Part shown: in pieces, positions 50,091 through 58,330 of the stretch
How the letters are laid out: every line of letters starts with the position of its first letter
How positions within the stretch are numbered: the first letter of the stretch is position 1
Origin: a virus
Taxonomy: Duplodnaviria; Caudoviricetes
DNA: 64,000 bases
Strand: one strand, 5' to 3'
Virus record (IMG/VR): IMGVR_UViG_3300028591_000074
Coordinates: 32,001 to 96,000 of that record
Notes under the pieces: generated by a model
What the model saw: only the letters and a program-made list of their open reading frames with translations
The model's database searches: none
What the model was told of the DNA's origin: nothing
Made by a program: the position numbers and the translations under genes

Positions 50091-51596
50091 TTACTCAACA
50101 GTTATAGCTTCATATCGTTCAGAGTTGATGACTTTCATCATCATCTCTACTGGTGTCATTCCGATACACTTCATCAGCTGCTTGAACGTTGTTGCTGAAC
50201 TACCAGATACGAGCTGAACACCTTTACGATCCTTATCAGCATGGAATACATCATGTCTTGAATTGACATTCCAGAATACTACGTTCGGGATCTTGTATCC
50301 TGCTTTCTTAAACTCGTGTCGCATCTCTTCGTAGAATGACCACTTATCCTTCCGATATCCCCAATCAGATGTTGCTTGATCAATCTCCATATCTGAAATC
50401 ACGATAATGGACTTAACCATATCCTCATCTGCAATATGATTCTTTACAGCAACATCAAGAATTGTCTGGAACGCAGATTCAAGATTTGTGGAACCACAGT
50501 AGCCATTACCAGATTTAACAACAGAACGGATTTTCTGAGCAAGTGTGTCACCCTTAATCTCAACGATATGAGATTCACTTGAGAATGGGATAAACATATT
50601 ATGGAAATCACCATGATTTCTTTCAGCGAAGTAAATTGCAAGTCCAATCGAATTCGCCATAGGAAGTCCATTATTGCATGTCATAGATCCGGAAAGATCA
50701 GATACAACAATTGCATTAGTGTTTTCTTCCACGTAATTCGGAAGCTGTCTCCACTGGGCTTCTACAGTATCATCATTACCTACAGAAATACCAAATCCCA
50801 TATGGCAGATTTTACGAATAAGATCATAAGGATATAGAGTAGATGAGTTGATCTTCTCTTCTCCAGTAAGTGCTTTTGCTGTGAACTCTTCGAATCTAAC
50901 TGTATCATGACGCGTAAAAGCATTTCTGTAGATCATCATGGCTCTGGATGGAACTGCTGAATACTTAATCTTATCCCATTCTCCGGCAGACATGAGACTT
51001 TCAACAACACCAATCTGCTTACGAAGTTTACGAAGAATTCTCTTGAAATTGTAAACAGGATATCCAAGTTTCTGTGCAGTAAGAATACCAAGTTTTCTTG
51101 TATTCTCCGATGATGCATCCGGTGTCTTGATCCATTTAGCGAGAAGAGATACTGCATTATCTTTATGAAGATTCTGTACATCCTCTTCAAACTGATCCTT
51201 CATCACTTTCCACATATCATCTTCAAGTGGTGTTCCAATAAGAGAATACAGATCATCATATCTTCCATATACGCCAATCAGATCAATGTTTGGTCTGATG
51301 GATTCCGGATGATATTTAGCAAGATACTTGATCAAGTCTCTGAAGACTTTACGTTCACCACAGCCTTCTCGGATGTCACGGCTATAGAAAAGTATCTTAG
51401 TTGCAAGCAACGGATCTTCTGCATATGCTTCTTCAAACAATCGCTGAACATCGACTTCATCTCTTGAACGAAGTGCTCCGATTGTTCCGAAAAGATCGAG
51501 ACATGCATCGCCGGAAGTATTCTTTGCTCTTGCACCATTCTCAGTAAAAGTTTTAGTAGCTTCGTTTCTCATTGCATCTGAAAGTTTCATTTGCAT
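50091..51596 (-). CDS. TROVE-like (DUF2828-type) plus vWA protein, Ro60-related
   Basis: TENGA...CLDLF...FYSRDIREGCGER, YGRYDDL, SLLAKW; vWA MIDAS DLSGSM, GSTNL, VISDMEID, VFWNV. Confidence 0.85.
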   Translation of the reverse strand: MQMKLSDAMRNEATKTFTENGARAKNTSGDACLDLFGTIGALRSRDEVDVQRLFEEAYAEDPLLATKILFYSRDIREGCGERKVFRDLIKYLAKYHPESIRPNIDLIGVYGRYDDLYSLIGTPLEDDMWKVMKDQFEEDVQNLHKDNAVSLLAKWIKTPDASSENTRKLGILTAQKLGYPVYNFKRILRKLRKQIGVVESLMSAGEWDKIKYSAVPSRAMMIYRNAFTRHDTVRFEEFTAKALTGEEKINSSTLYPYDLIRKICHMGFGISVGNDDTVEAQWRQLPNYVEENTNAIVVSDLSGSMTCNNGLPMANSIGLAIYFAERNHGDFHNMFIPFSSESHIVEIKGDTLAQKIRSVVKSGNGYCGSTNLESAFQTILDVAVKNHIADEDMVKSIIVISDMEIDQATSDWGYRKDKWSFYEEMRHEFKKAGYKIPNVVFWNVNSRHDVFHADKDRKGVQLVSGSSATTFKQLMKCIGMTPVEMMMKVINSERYEAITVE

Positions 51597-51644
51597 TTAC
51601 CACCTTTCGTAAAATTTTGATTTTCTTTGATACCGAAAGGGTAT

Positions 51645-51705
51645 CAGGACACCAAATATAGAAATGAGTGGAAGTCATTTGTTTTATATTTGCTGTAGGT
51701 GTCCC
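51645..51705 (-). ncRNA. TROVE-associated RNA A (stand-alone stem-loop)
   Basis: GGACACC-T-ACAGCAA...AAATGA-CTTCCAC-TCATTT...GGTGTCC. Confidence 0.65.
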
Positions 51706-51709
51706 ATAA

Positions 51710-51823
51710 CGACAAGAACAGGAGTCGAACCTATACCACGCCTTGAACAGAGGAAAAAGAATCGCTGTTAACACCACAGGCATGATGTATTGAATTCGTG
51801 TGCTACCGTTACACCATCTTGTC
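51710..51823 (-). ncRNA. TROVE-associated RNA B (tRNA scaffold with insert)
   Basis: GACAAGA/TCTTGTC acceptor, D- and T-arms; insert with hairpin-TA-ACAGCGA and CCT-CTGTTCA-AGG. Confidence 0.7.
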
Positions 51824-51830
51824 AAAAGTT

Positions 51831-51900
51831 CAGGACGCATTCTTTGTTGGGTTACAGATTACAATTCTATTCCAAAAGATGTTTTGCTGTATGCGTCCCT
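51831..51900 (-). ncRNA. TROVE-associated RNA C (stand-alone stem-loop)
   Basis: GGACGCAT-ACAGCAA...ATAGA-ATTGTAA-TCTGT...ATGCGTCC. Confidence 0.65.
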
Positions 51901-51903
51901 TAG

Positions 51904-52021
51904 TCGGCAAGGATGGACTTGAACCACCAACCCTCAGATCCCATTCAAAGTAAGTTGCGGTTTATATCCCAAACAGGATACAATAAAAAATTCTGATGCT
52001 CTACCGTTGAGCTACCTGCCG
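51904..52021 (-). ncRNA. TROVE-associated RNA D (tRNA scaffold with insert)
   Basis: CGGCAGG/CTTGCCG acceptor, GCTC-AACGGTA-GAGC D-arm, TCAGA/TCTGA stem enclosing hairpin-AA-ACCGCAA and CTTA-CTTTGAA-TGGG. Confidence 0.7.
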
Positions 52022-52038
52022 AAATATTAAATTGATTC

Positions 52039-52118
52039 ATGACACTGCGAAATGGTGGATAATCGTGCAAAATTCATTGCTTGATTGCCTAACATATTGA
52101 TATTGCTGCTAGTGTCAC
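52039..52118 (-). ncRNA. TROVE-associated RNA E (stand-alone stem-loop)
   Basis: TGACACT-A-GCAGCAA...TTTGCAC...AGTGTCA. Confidence 0.6.
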
Positions 52119-52122
52119 GTAG

Positions 52123-52240
52123 TGGACGGGACTGGATTCGAACCAGTGACCTAAGATTTTACAGATCTTCGCAAAAATTGGCTGTAAGAATCACATACAT
52201 GATTCATTTGCATTACGCTCTACCACTGAGCTACCCGCCC
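52123..52240 (-). ncRNA. TROVE-associated RNA F (tRNA scaffold with insert)
   Basis: GGGCGGG/CCCGTCC acceptor, canonical D- and T-arms; insert with hairpin-TT-ACAGCCA before AAGAT-CTGTAAA-ATCTT. Confidence 0.7.
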
Positions 52241-52257
52241 TTATTTTCATTTCATAT

Positions 52258-52270
52258 ATTATAACGATTT
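52258..52270 (-). promoter_or_regulatory. Recurrent AAATCGTTATAAT promoter-like motif upstream of the RNA array and TROVE gene
   Basis: Same motif occurs at about eight intergenic sites on the coding strand. Confidence 0.7.
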
Positions 52271-52399
52271 ACAGTTTCAAAAATATCCGATCTCTAACCA
52301 ACCTACTCAATCAGATCCGTACCTAGTCTGAAAAAAATTGGCATTAAAAAGAACTAGGCTTGCAGAGCATCCAAAACATCTCTGCTAGTTCCAATATAG

Positions 52400-52768
52400 T
52401 TAATGTTCACGTATCATGAATCCCGCGATTCCTTTTTGATACTTATAATCGTCCGTTAATTCACGAATGATCTTAACATTTGTAAGTAAAGGTTCTCCAC
52501 AGGATCCTACTTCCTCAAGTTCTTCACCTGTGACAAGATACACACGTTTATTTCCCCATAAGTAGCTGATATAATCTTGTACCGCGCACTCATTAGGATT
52601 TTCAGGTAGAATAGGATAGTAAACATTGTTAGCAATAGCAGAGTTCCATACAGATAAACCTTTTTCTTGTTTTACAATTTCATCACCACGATGAACACTA
52701 GACACTCCGCTCTCTGGAATTCTGCCGAACCGTATGTAGTATTTAGTTGATGAACAACTTTCCATATG
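52400..52768 (-). CDS. Hypothetical protein
   Basis: YIRFGRIP...EKGLSVW...G.CGEPLL; start trimmed to MESCSS because the longer ORF overlaps a tRNA-like gene. Confidence 0.65.
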   Translation of the reverse strand, partial: HMESCSSTKYYIRFGRIPESGVSSVHRGDEIVKQEKGLSVWNSAIANNVYYPILPENPNECAVQDYISYLWGNKRVYLVTGEELEEVGSCGEPLLTNVKIIRELTDDYKYQKGIAGFMIREH

Positions 52769-52798
52769 ATTTTCCTTCGTGTACAAGATATGCGAAGA

Positions 52799-52884
52799 GA
52801 GCCAAAGGAGGGCTCGAACCTCCATCTCCTGTCTCATACTAACAGGTATTTTACCACACCAACAAGGCTTTAAACTACTAGGCT
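52799..52884 (-). ncRNA. Atypical tRNA / pseudo-tRNA (expanded D-loop, 9-nt anticodon loop)
   Basis: AGCCTAG/TTTGGCT acceptor, CCTGT-TAGTATGAG-ACAGG, GGAGG-TTCGAGC-CCTCC. Confidence 0.55.
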
Positions 52885-53120
52885 AAATGTGTTTCCTTGA
52901 ACCAACCTACTCAGGAAACGGTAGTAGCCCAAATCCGGTGCTACAAGTTCCATCTAATTTGCCCATGTACAATGCTTTCTTAATCACAGATCGTTGTGAT
53001 AAGGTTGATTGTACGCTCCTGTCGATGTAGGGCCGACACCCGCTATCGCTAACCGGGACAGCTACGGCTCCATATATGTATAGCAGTTCTGCTATCGGTA
53101 CCGTAACATATATGAAGACT

Positions 53121-53252
53121 GTCATCAACTGAAGATTCGAACTTCAGACAGCTACCATTTTGCAGATGGTATTATTGCATCGCAGAAGTCTGCAAACTTG
53201 ATGGTCATTCTCCATCTTGCTGCGAATACACTTGCCTCGTGCGTATTGATGA
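53121..53252 (-). ncRNA. tRNA-Cys(GCA)-like scaffold with about 60-nt structured insert after the D-arm
   Basis: TCATCAA/TTGATGA acceptor, ACCAT-CTGCAAA-ATGGT, TGAAG-TTCGAAT-CTTCA; the insert begins TTCGCAGCAA. Confidence 0.6.
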
Positions 53253-53393
53253 TAATACATGCCGCTGCTCCCTCAACCTAGCTTCATACTCTTGGGAGGT
53301 TGAACCCGCTAAGATTCTTCTTGATGTGCCGGAAGGGACTTAGCGTAGGATGGCATACCCTTCTATCATTATTCACATCAACAGAAGCATGAT

Positions 53394-53465
53394 CAGAGGT
53401 ACTAGGACTCGAACCTAGTCATTCGGGATCAAAACCCGATGCGCTACCGAATACGCTATACCCCT
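53394..53465 (-). tRNA. tRNA-Gln(UUG)
   Basis: TCGGG-TTTTGAT-CCCGA; CTAGG-TTCGAGT-CCTAG. Confidence 0.85.
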
Positions 53466-53500
53466 GTGTTACTTAACAATCTCATAACTGATGATAAGCG

Positions 53501-53564
53501 ATGCTAAGGTAGGACTCGAACCTACAACAACCCGTCGGCATTCTTCCAATTGAATTACTTAGCA
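53501..53564 (-). ncRNA. Mini tRNA-like RNA without an anticodon arm
   Basis: TGCTAAG/CTTAGCA acceptor, ATTC-AATTGGAA-GAAT D-arm, CCGACGG stub, GTAGG-TTCGAGT-CCTAC. Confidence 0.65.
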
Positions 53565-53789
53565 CCTGGCAACCTTTCTAAAACACTCAACCAACTTCTC
53601 TACTCCGTGTAGTTATCTCTGTTCCGCTCTTCCTCAGTAACAGCTTCAAGTAAATCGAATTCAAAACTCTATTTGCCTGTTGTAGTTTTGATAGGAACTA
53701 TAGATGATACACTTTTGCGGCCAAGCAAGAATATCAAGTTCCGTCTGCTTTCACCGCTTGGCGAAAGCGATATTTACCTTACATAACCA

Positions 53790-53818
53790 ATTATATACTA
53801 CAAAATCATAATTGTCAA
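53790..53818 (-). promoter_or_regulatory. Perfect sigma-A promoter driving the ncRNA/tRNA cluster
   Basis: TTGACA-N17-TATAAT on the minus strand. Confidence 0.75.
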
Positions 53819-54059
53819 TAACTTTTTGATAATTTTTTTAATATATTTATCTTAATGGTACGAATTGGATTCGAACCAATTCATTATGACCAATATTTTA
53901 TGGCGGTTTTAGGTAAGCCGCCAAACCGCACATAGCCACCAATGACCTGATTTTCAGCCAATAATGTAAATACTATATCTCAGGTCTGTCCGGTACAGTA
54001 ATTACACTACCAACTTACTCAGCATTGAGCCTGTGGTCCATTTGCTACATCGGCTCGCA

Positions 54060-54127
54060 TGGCAGGTAGGGAATCGAACCACTACGAAAGTTCCACACAA
54101 TAAGGAGGTTTGTGTTAACTTCTACCA
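54060..54127 (-). ncRNA. tRNA-like RNA with anti-Shine-Dalgarno loop
   Basis: TGGTAG/CTGCCA acceptor-like stem, GGTTCGATTCC T-loop, CACAA-ACCTCCTTA-TTGTG hairpin. Confidence 0.55.
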
Positions 54128-54169
54128 CCTTTGTTTGAGAAAGGACAATCTATATGAAATAGACAACAG

Positions 54170-54463
54170 TTATGAAACCCTGTCGATTTCATTCACAAGA
54201 ATGGCCATAGCCATCTTCAGGCGCACTTCATATTTATCTCTTAGTGCATCTAATTGTGCATTATACTCACTACGGACTACATCTACCAAATCTAATGCTT
54301 TCTGAACGTCTTTCGGAATTTCAACGTCTGGATTAAATCCATATTCCATACACTTATCACGAACAGATTCATTCGCATTTGCTAATACGGAATCAAACAT
54401 AGACATTAAAAATTCCTTCTTGTATTCAGATTCAATAGATTTATAGTCAGCCATAAGTACCAC
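54170..54463 (-). CDS. Hypothetical protein
   Basis: ORF track. Confidence 0.6.
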   Translation of the reverse strand: MVLMADYKSIESEYKKEFLMSMFDSVLANANESVRDKCMEYGFNPDVEIPKDVQKALDLVDVVRSEYNAQLDALRDKYEVRLKMAMAILVNEIDRVS

Positions 54464-54829
54464 CTATTTGTGTTTCTTTTTCTTTTTGGAATACTTACCA
54501 CTACTAATCCGATCTTTGTACCGAATATCTTTCTCATTCGGTGGATAATCATTTAAAAGTTCTTCAAACGATTTTCCATCACAAGATTCATATCGGTCAA
54601 TTTCAGATTGACGGATAGTAAGTTCCACAGATTTAACTTTTCCTGGAATAGCATATACTTCAATCTGTTCACCAACATTCATAAATTCTTCAATGTTTTG
54701 AACAAATGTATCAGATATATGTGAGATATGTAGCATCTGTGTAGATTCATCCTTAAATTGGATCACTGCACCAAATGGCTTTATCTCAGTAATTGTACCA
54801 ATATATTTCTCACCTATGTTTAAACGCAT
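54464..54829 (-). CDS. S1 RNA-binding domain protein (YugI/GSP13-like)
   Basis: G.ITEIKPFGA.I......MLHISHIS..FV..I...M.VGE; basic tail. Confidence 0.85.
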   Translation of the reverse strand: MRLNIGEKYIGTITEIKPFGAVIQFKDESTQMLHISHISDTFVQNIEEFMNVGEQIEVYAIPGKVKSVELTIRQSEIDRYESCDGKSFEELLNDYPPNEKDIRYKDRISSGKYSKKKKKHK

Positions 54830-54851
54830 TTTATTACTACACCCCCAGCAA

Positions 54852-55280
54852 CTACTCTTCTATAAGATCAAATATAGCCAAAAGTGCATCAGATGGAATC
54901 CCTGCGTTCATGATATCCTCTGCCTTGAACTTTGTGAGTTCGATATTTGCATCATCATTCAAAATAGAATTAACATCCTTTTGGAAAGATTCAACAGTAC
55001 CTTGAAACTTCTTTAAAGCTGCATCATAATCCTTGTCAGATTCAAAAGACTTTCTTTCTGGTTCGAAAATACCCATTGAACCATCTTCTCTCTTCTCTGC
55101 ATATTTCTGAAGAATCTCTTCACGCATCTGCTGAAAATTCTGTACTACAGGTTCAAACTGCTTGCGCATATTCAAAAACCGGAATTTAATCTTGACATCC
55201 ATATTAGTGTTATCAATCAGATTCTTCATTGTGTCATCATACTGCAAAATTTCATTAACCTTCATTTTCATTCTCCTCAT
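54852..55280 (-). CDS. Hypothetical protein
   Basis: ORF track. Confidence 0.65.
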   Translation of the reverse strand: MRRMKMKVNEILQYDDTMKNLIDNTNMDVKIKFRFLNMRKQFEPVVQNFQQMREEILQKYAEKREDGSMGIFEPERKSFESDKDYDAALKKFQGTVESFQKDVNSILNDDANIELTKFKAEDIMNAGIPSDALLAIFDLIEE

Positions 55281-55361
55281 ACATTAAAGTTTAGAACAAG
55301 TTACCATAAATCAATAGTAGCACATAGGTTCGAAAATGTCTATTGTAGGTTTTAGATAATT

Positions 55362-55769
55362 TTACAAATTGGATGGATCAAATGCAACTTCTGACCAATC
55401 AATTCCATATTTCTGAATAATAACCTTAAAATCTTCAAGATCATGTGGTCGAATTACAAACTTATCCTCTTCAATTCCAATATGAAGTAATTCGTGAAAA
55501 ATTAGAATCTTCAACTGTTCATCATTGAAATCAACAATATTTGGTTCAAAAATTGTAATTGTGAAGTCACATGGGATTCCCCATTTATATTTCTCAGGAA
55601 TTTTCTCACACTGACCAAATACAAGTTTCCCACCACTTTGCTTCGTATGTTCAGATGCAAGATATACAATCTGCACATCTGCAAGTTTAAGTTCCTGCAA
55701 TTCAGGCATTTCTTCAATCAGTTGTCTACCTATTTCTGTATATTCTTCCGATATTCGTCTCGAATCCAT
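55362..55769 (-). CDS. Putative phage metallopeptidase
   Basis: IFHELLHIG (HExxH) followed by PHDLEDF. Confidence 0.8.
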   Translation of the reverse strand: MDSRRISEEYTEIGRQLIEEMPELQELKLADVQIVYLASEHTKQSGGKLVFGQCEKIPEKYKWGIPCDFTITIFEPNIVDFNDEQLKILIFHELLHIGIEEDKFVIRPHDLEDFKVIIQKYGIDWSEVAFDPSNL

Positions 55770-56064
55770 CTTTATAACCTACCTAACAAATAATATTTCC
55801 ATCATGCAAATGTTTCTGAATAATATATAGTGCAGCATCCATACCCTGTGCATAATCTTTTGCTCCGCATTTTCTGAAAAACTCAATCTTATCTGACAAT
55901 TCGGAAATAACACCATCCCATGCAATCAAACTATCTAATGCAATGGATGTAGCACTATCCAATGAATCCACACATTGCAATTGGTCTATTGCTTCTTTTC
56001 TGTCCATAAGAACATCCTCCTACTTATATATATATTATATATAAAGTGGAAGATATGAATGAAG

Positions 56065-56673
56065 TTAACCAATCCTTCTCTGATTGGATTTATTCTGAAA
56101 CTTACGTTCCCTTTCCTGAAGCAGTTTAAGAATATCTTCATCTAAACCCTTAATCTTAATCAGACGATTTTCAATCTGTTCCAGAATGTAATTTGTAGAT
56201 TTCTGATATGCAATCTGATCATTCAGAAGTTTATTCTGTGTAATCAAAAGATCTACAACTGGACCAAGGTCGATTTCCGGAAGTTCAGCAATAACTTTAA
56301 TCGGTTCAGCCGATTTCGAAGATTCAACAGGATCTACAGATTCTGTTGACGATTCATTCTGTGTATCTGTGGAATCTTCCAACACAGTATCTGACGGAAC
56401 AGGTTTTACAGTTTCTTCCACAGCTTCAGGCTCTTCAACCTTAATCGGTTCAGGAAGAATATAGTCCTTTGCCTTAAGTCTATAGAATTTACATACCCTG
56501 CGAAGTGCATCTTCTGAAATCGTATTCTTCTTAAGGCAATTGAAATAATAAGTATTTCCCTTGCCCATAACGATGGCACCTACATTTGTACCACTGTACC
56601 TATCCCCATCAATTTCGCGGATAATATCATCTAATTTCTTTGCATCATAAAATACATTTGGTTTCCTTGCCAT
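56065..56673 (-). CDS. Hypothetical protein (possible N-terminal HTH, acidic linker, coiled coil)
   Basis: ORF with AAGGAG SD. Confidence 0.65.
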   Translation of the reverse strand: MARKPNVFYDAKKLDDIIREIDGDRYSGTNVGAIVMGKGNTYYFNCLKKNTISEDALRRVCKFYRLKAKDYILPEPIKVEEPEAVEETVKPVPSDTVLEDSTDTQNESSTESVDPVESSKSAEPIKVIAELPEIDLGPVVDLLITQNKLLNDQIAYQKSTNYILEQIENRLIKIKGLDEDILKLLQERERKFQNKSNQRRIG

Positions 56674-57009
56674 AATAACTCCTTCCTTTTTAGAATATTG
56701 ATTAGTGATTAGTTTTGGCTCTTACTATTTTTATCATCATCTTTAAACATGTAGTCTGCTAGTTTTGTTACTTTATCAGATGTTTCAGTACCACTTTACA
56801 TCATGATTTATAAATTTACTTCTTAATGACTTCTTCTATAGTATCTAAAGTATCGCGAACACCTTTCCAATACAATGTATCTTTACTATTAGATTTAAAA
56901 GATTTTTCGATATCCATTATTTTTGAAAGTAATTTTATATATTTACACGAAATATTATTTGCAGCATCTAACTCAGAAATGAGTTCTTTCCCATCAATAC
57001 CATAAGACA

Positions 57010-57303
57010 TTACAATTCACCTCGCATCTTCTTGACTTCAATAGTGTTATCAAGTCCATTGTATTTAACATATGTGTACTTTGCATAAGCTGCATCTGCA
57101 CCATATCTTGTCTTGGTATTACACATCACGGTACGGATATCATATCCTCGCTTACGTAACCGAAAGATAATCGATGAAAGTCTTGTAGCACCGAACTTGT
57201 TAATCGCTTCCAGACTTGTAATACTACGATGCTTTTTGAGATGCTTCAAAACTTCGTTTGTCTGTGTCTGAATAGAATCATTTGACTTCATGTAACCCTC
57301 CAA
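57010..57303 (-). CDS. Winged helix-turn-helix protein
   Basis: VLKHL....SITSLEA...FGATRLSSIIFRLRKRGYDI. Confidence 0.75.
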   Translation of the reverse strand: MEGYMKSNDSIQTQTNEVLKHLKKHRSITSLEAINKFGATRLSSIIFRLRKRGYDIRTVMCNTKTRYGADAAYAKYTYVKYNGLDNTIEVKKMRGEL

Positions 57304-57365
57304 TCGAAAACAAATACTTTATCTATGTAACCTTACAGTTATAATAACGATTTACAAATTGAAAA

Positions 57366-57959
57366 CTATTCAATTTGAGAACTATCTTCATCCCATTCCG
57401 GCAACATAAATGCAAGTTCACACATCCATGCATCTACTTCTTCTGCCGTATCTTTAAGTAATTTACGAATAGATTCACACTTTTCATTTACACCGGAAAA
57501 TGTAAGTGGATACTTCAAATTATCAATCATTTTATCAAGTGAATAATGAATTGACTTTATAGGTATGCTTGGAATCGGATCATCCATCAAATCTTGAATA
57601 TTCTGATCAAACATTTCTTCTGCATTTCTCCATGCCTTATAGTCCTTGTCCAGCCCAGTGATTGTATATCGATCATGCAATTTTGTTATCCAAGCACCCT
57701 TTAAAGATAATGCGGGGTGGATGATATACACATCTTCAGTAGAATCTTTCAAGGCTTCCCTGACTACTTTATGACTCGAAGTGAATACTACATATCCCTG
57801 TTTAGAAAGGTGTTCTGCAATATTTGCATAAATGGACGCCCAATTATCGTCACGTTTTCCGTCTACCCAAAAGTTACCAGATTCCAAATCAATATATCTT
57901 CCGGAACCCTTATTACAAAGTGTACTTTTACCAATTCCCTGATAGCCGATAATAATCAT
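57366..57959 (-). CDS. P-loop NTPase/kinase-like protein
   Basis: IIIGYQGIGKST...IDLES. Confidence 0.7.
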   Translation of the reverse strand: MIIIGYQGIGKSTLCNKGSGRYIDLESGNFWVDGKRDDNWASIYANIAEHLSKQGYVVFTSSHKVVREALKDSTEDVYIIHPALSLKGAWITKLHDRYTITGLDKDYKAWRNAEEMFDQNIQDLMDDPIPSIPIKSIHYSLDKMIDNLKYPLTFSGVNEKCESIRKLLKDTAEEVDAWMCELAFMLPEWDEDSSQIE

Positions 57960-58330
57960 TTGAATACCTCCGTATTATGAATGGTCTCTGTAATAAATTC
58001 ATGTACCCAACTAAGATATTTTAATAAGGAATCTGCATCGTTCTCCGGTAATTCTACAACACCATGATCATGAATGCATCCTGCAATCTTATCAAGATGA
58101 TCCAGACATTCGCTTTGTTTGTCAAATAGTTCACTTATCTTCATTTTCCTTCTCCTTTTCTGCAAGTTTCCTTAAATATTCAATCTGCTCTTCATCATCT
58201 TTTTGTCTTTCCTGTGGGCTTTTATTTGCAAATAAACTTGCAAGTAGTACCCCAAAAGCAACTCCACAAAAAGCTACACCAATGTATCCCAACATAATCT
58301 CACCATCCTAAATAATTTATTTTTTAATAT

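Noticed and set aside
51645-52240. RNA array as a CRISPR array, or tRNA inserts as group I introns
   Set aside because: Units share only a 7-nt motif and structure rather than identical repeats; inserts of about 50 nt are far too short for self-splicing introns.
53856-54130. tmRNA
   Set aside because: Too short, no alanine-type acceptor stem and no evident tag reading frame.
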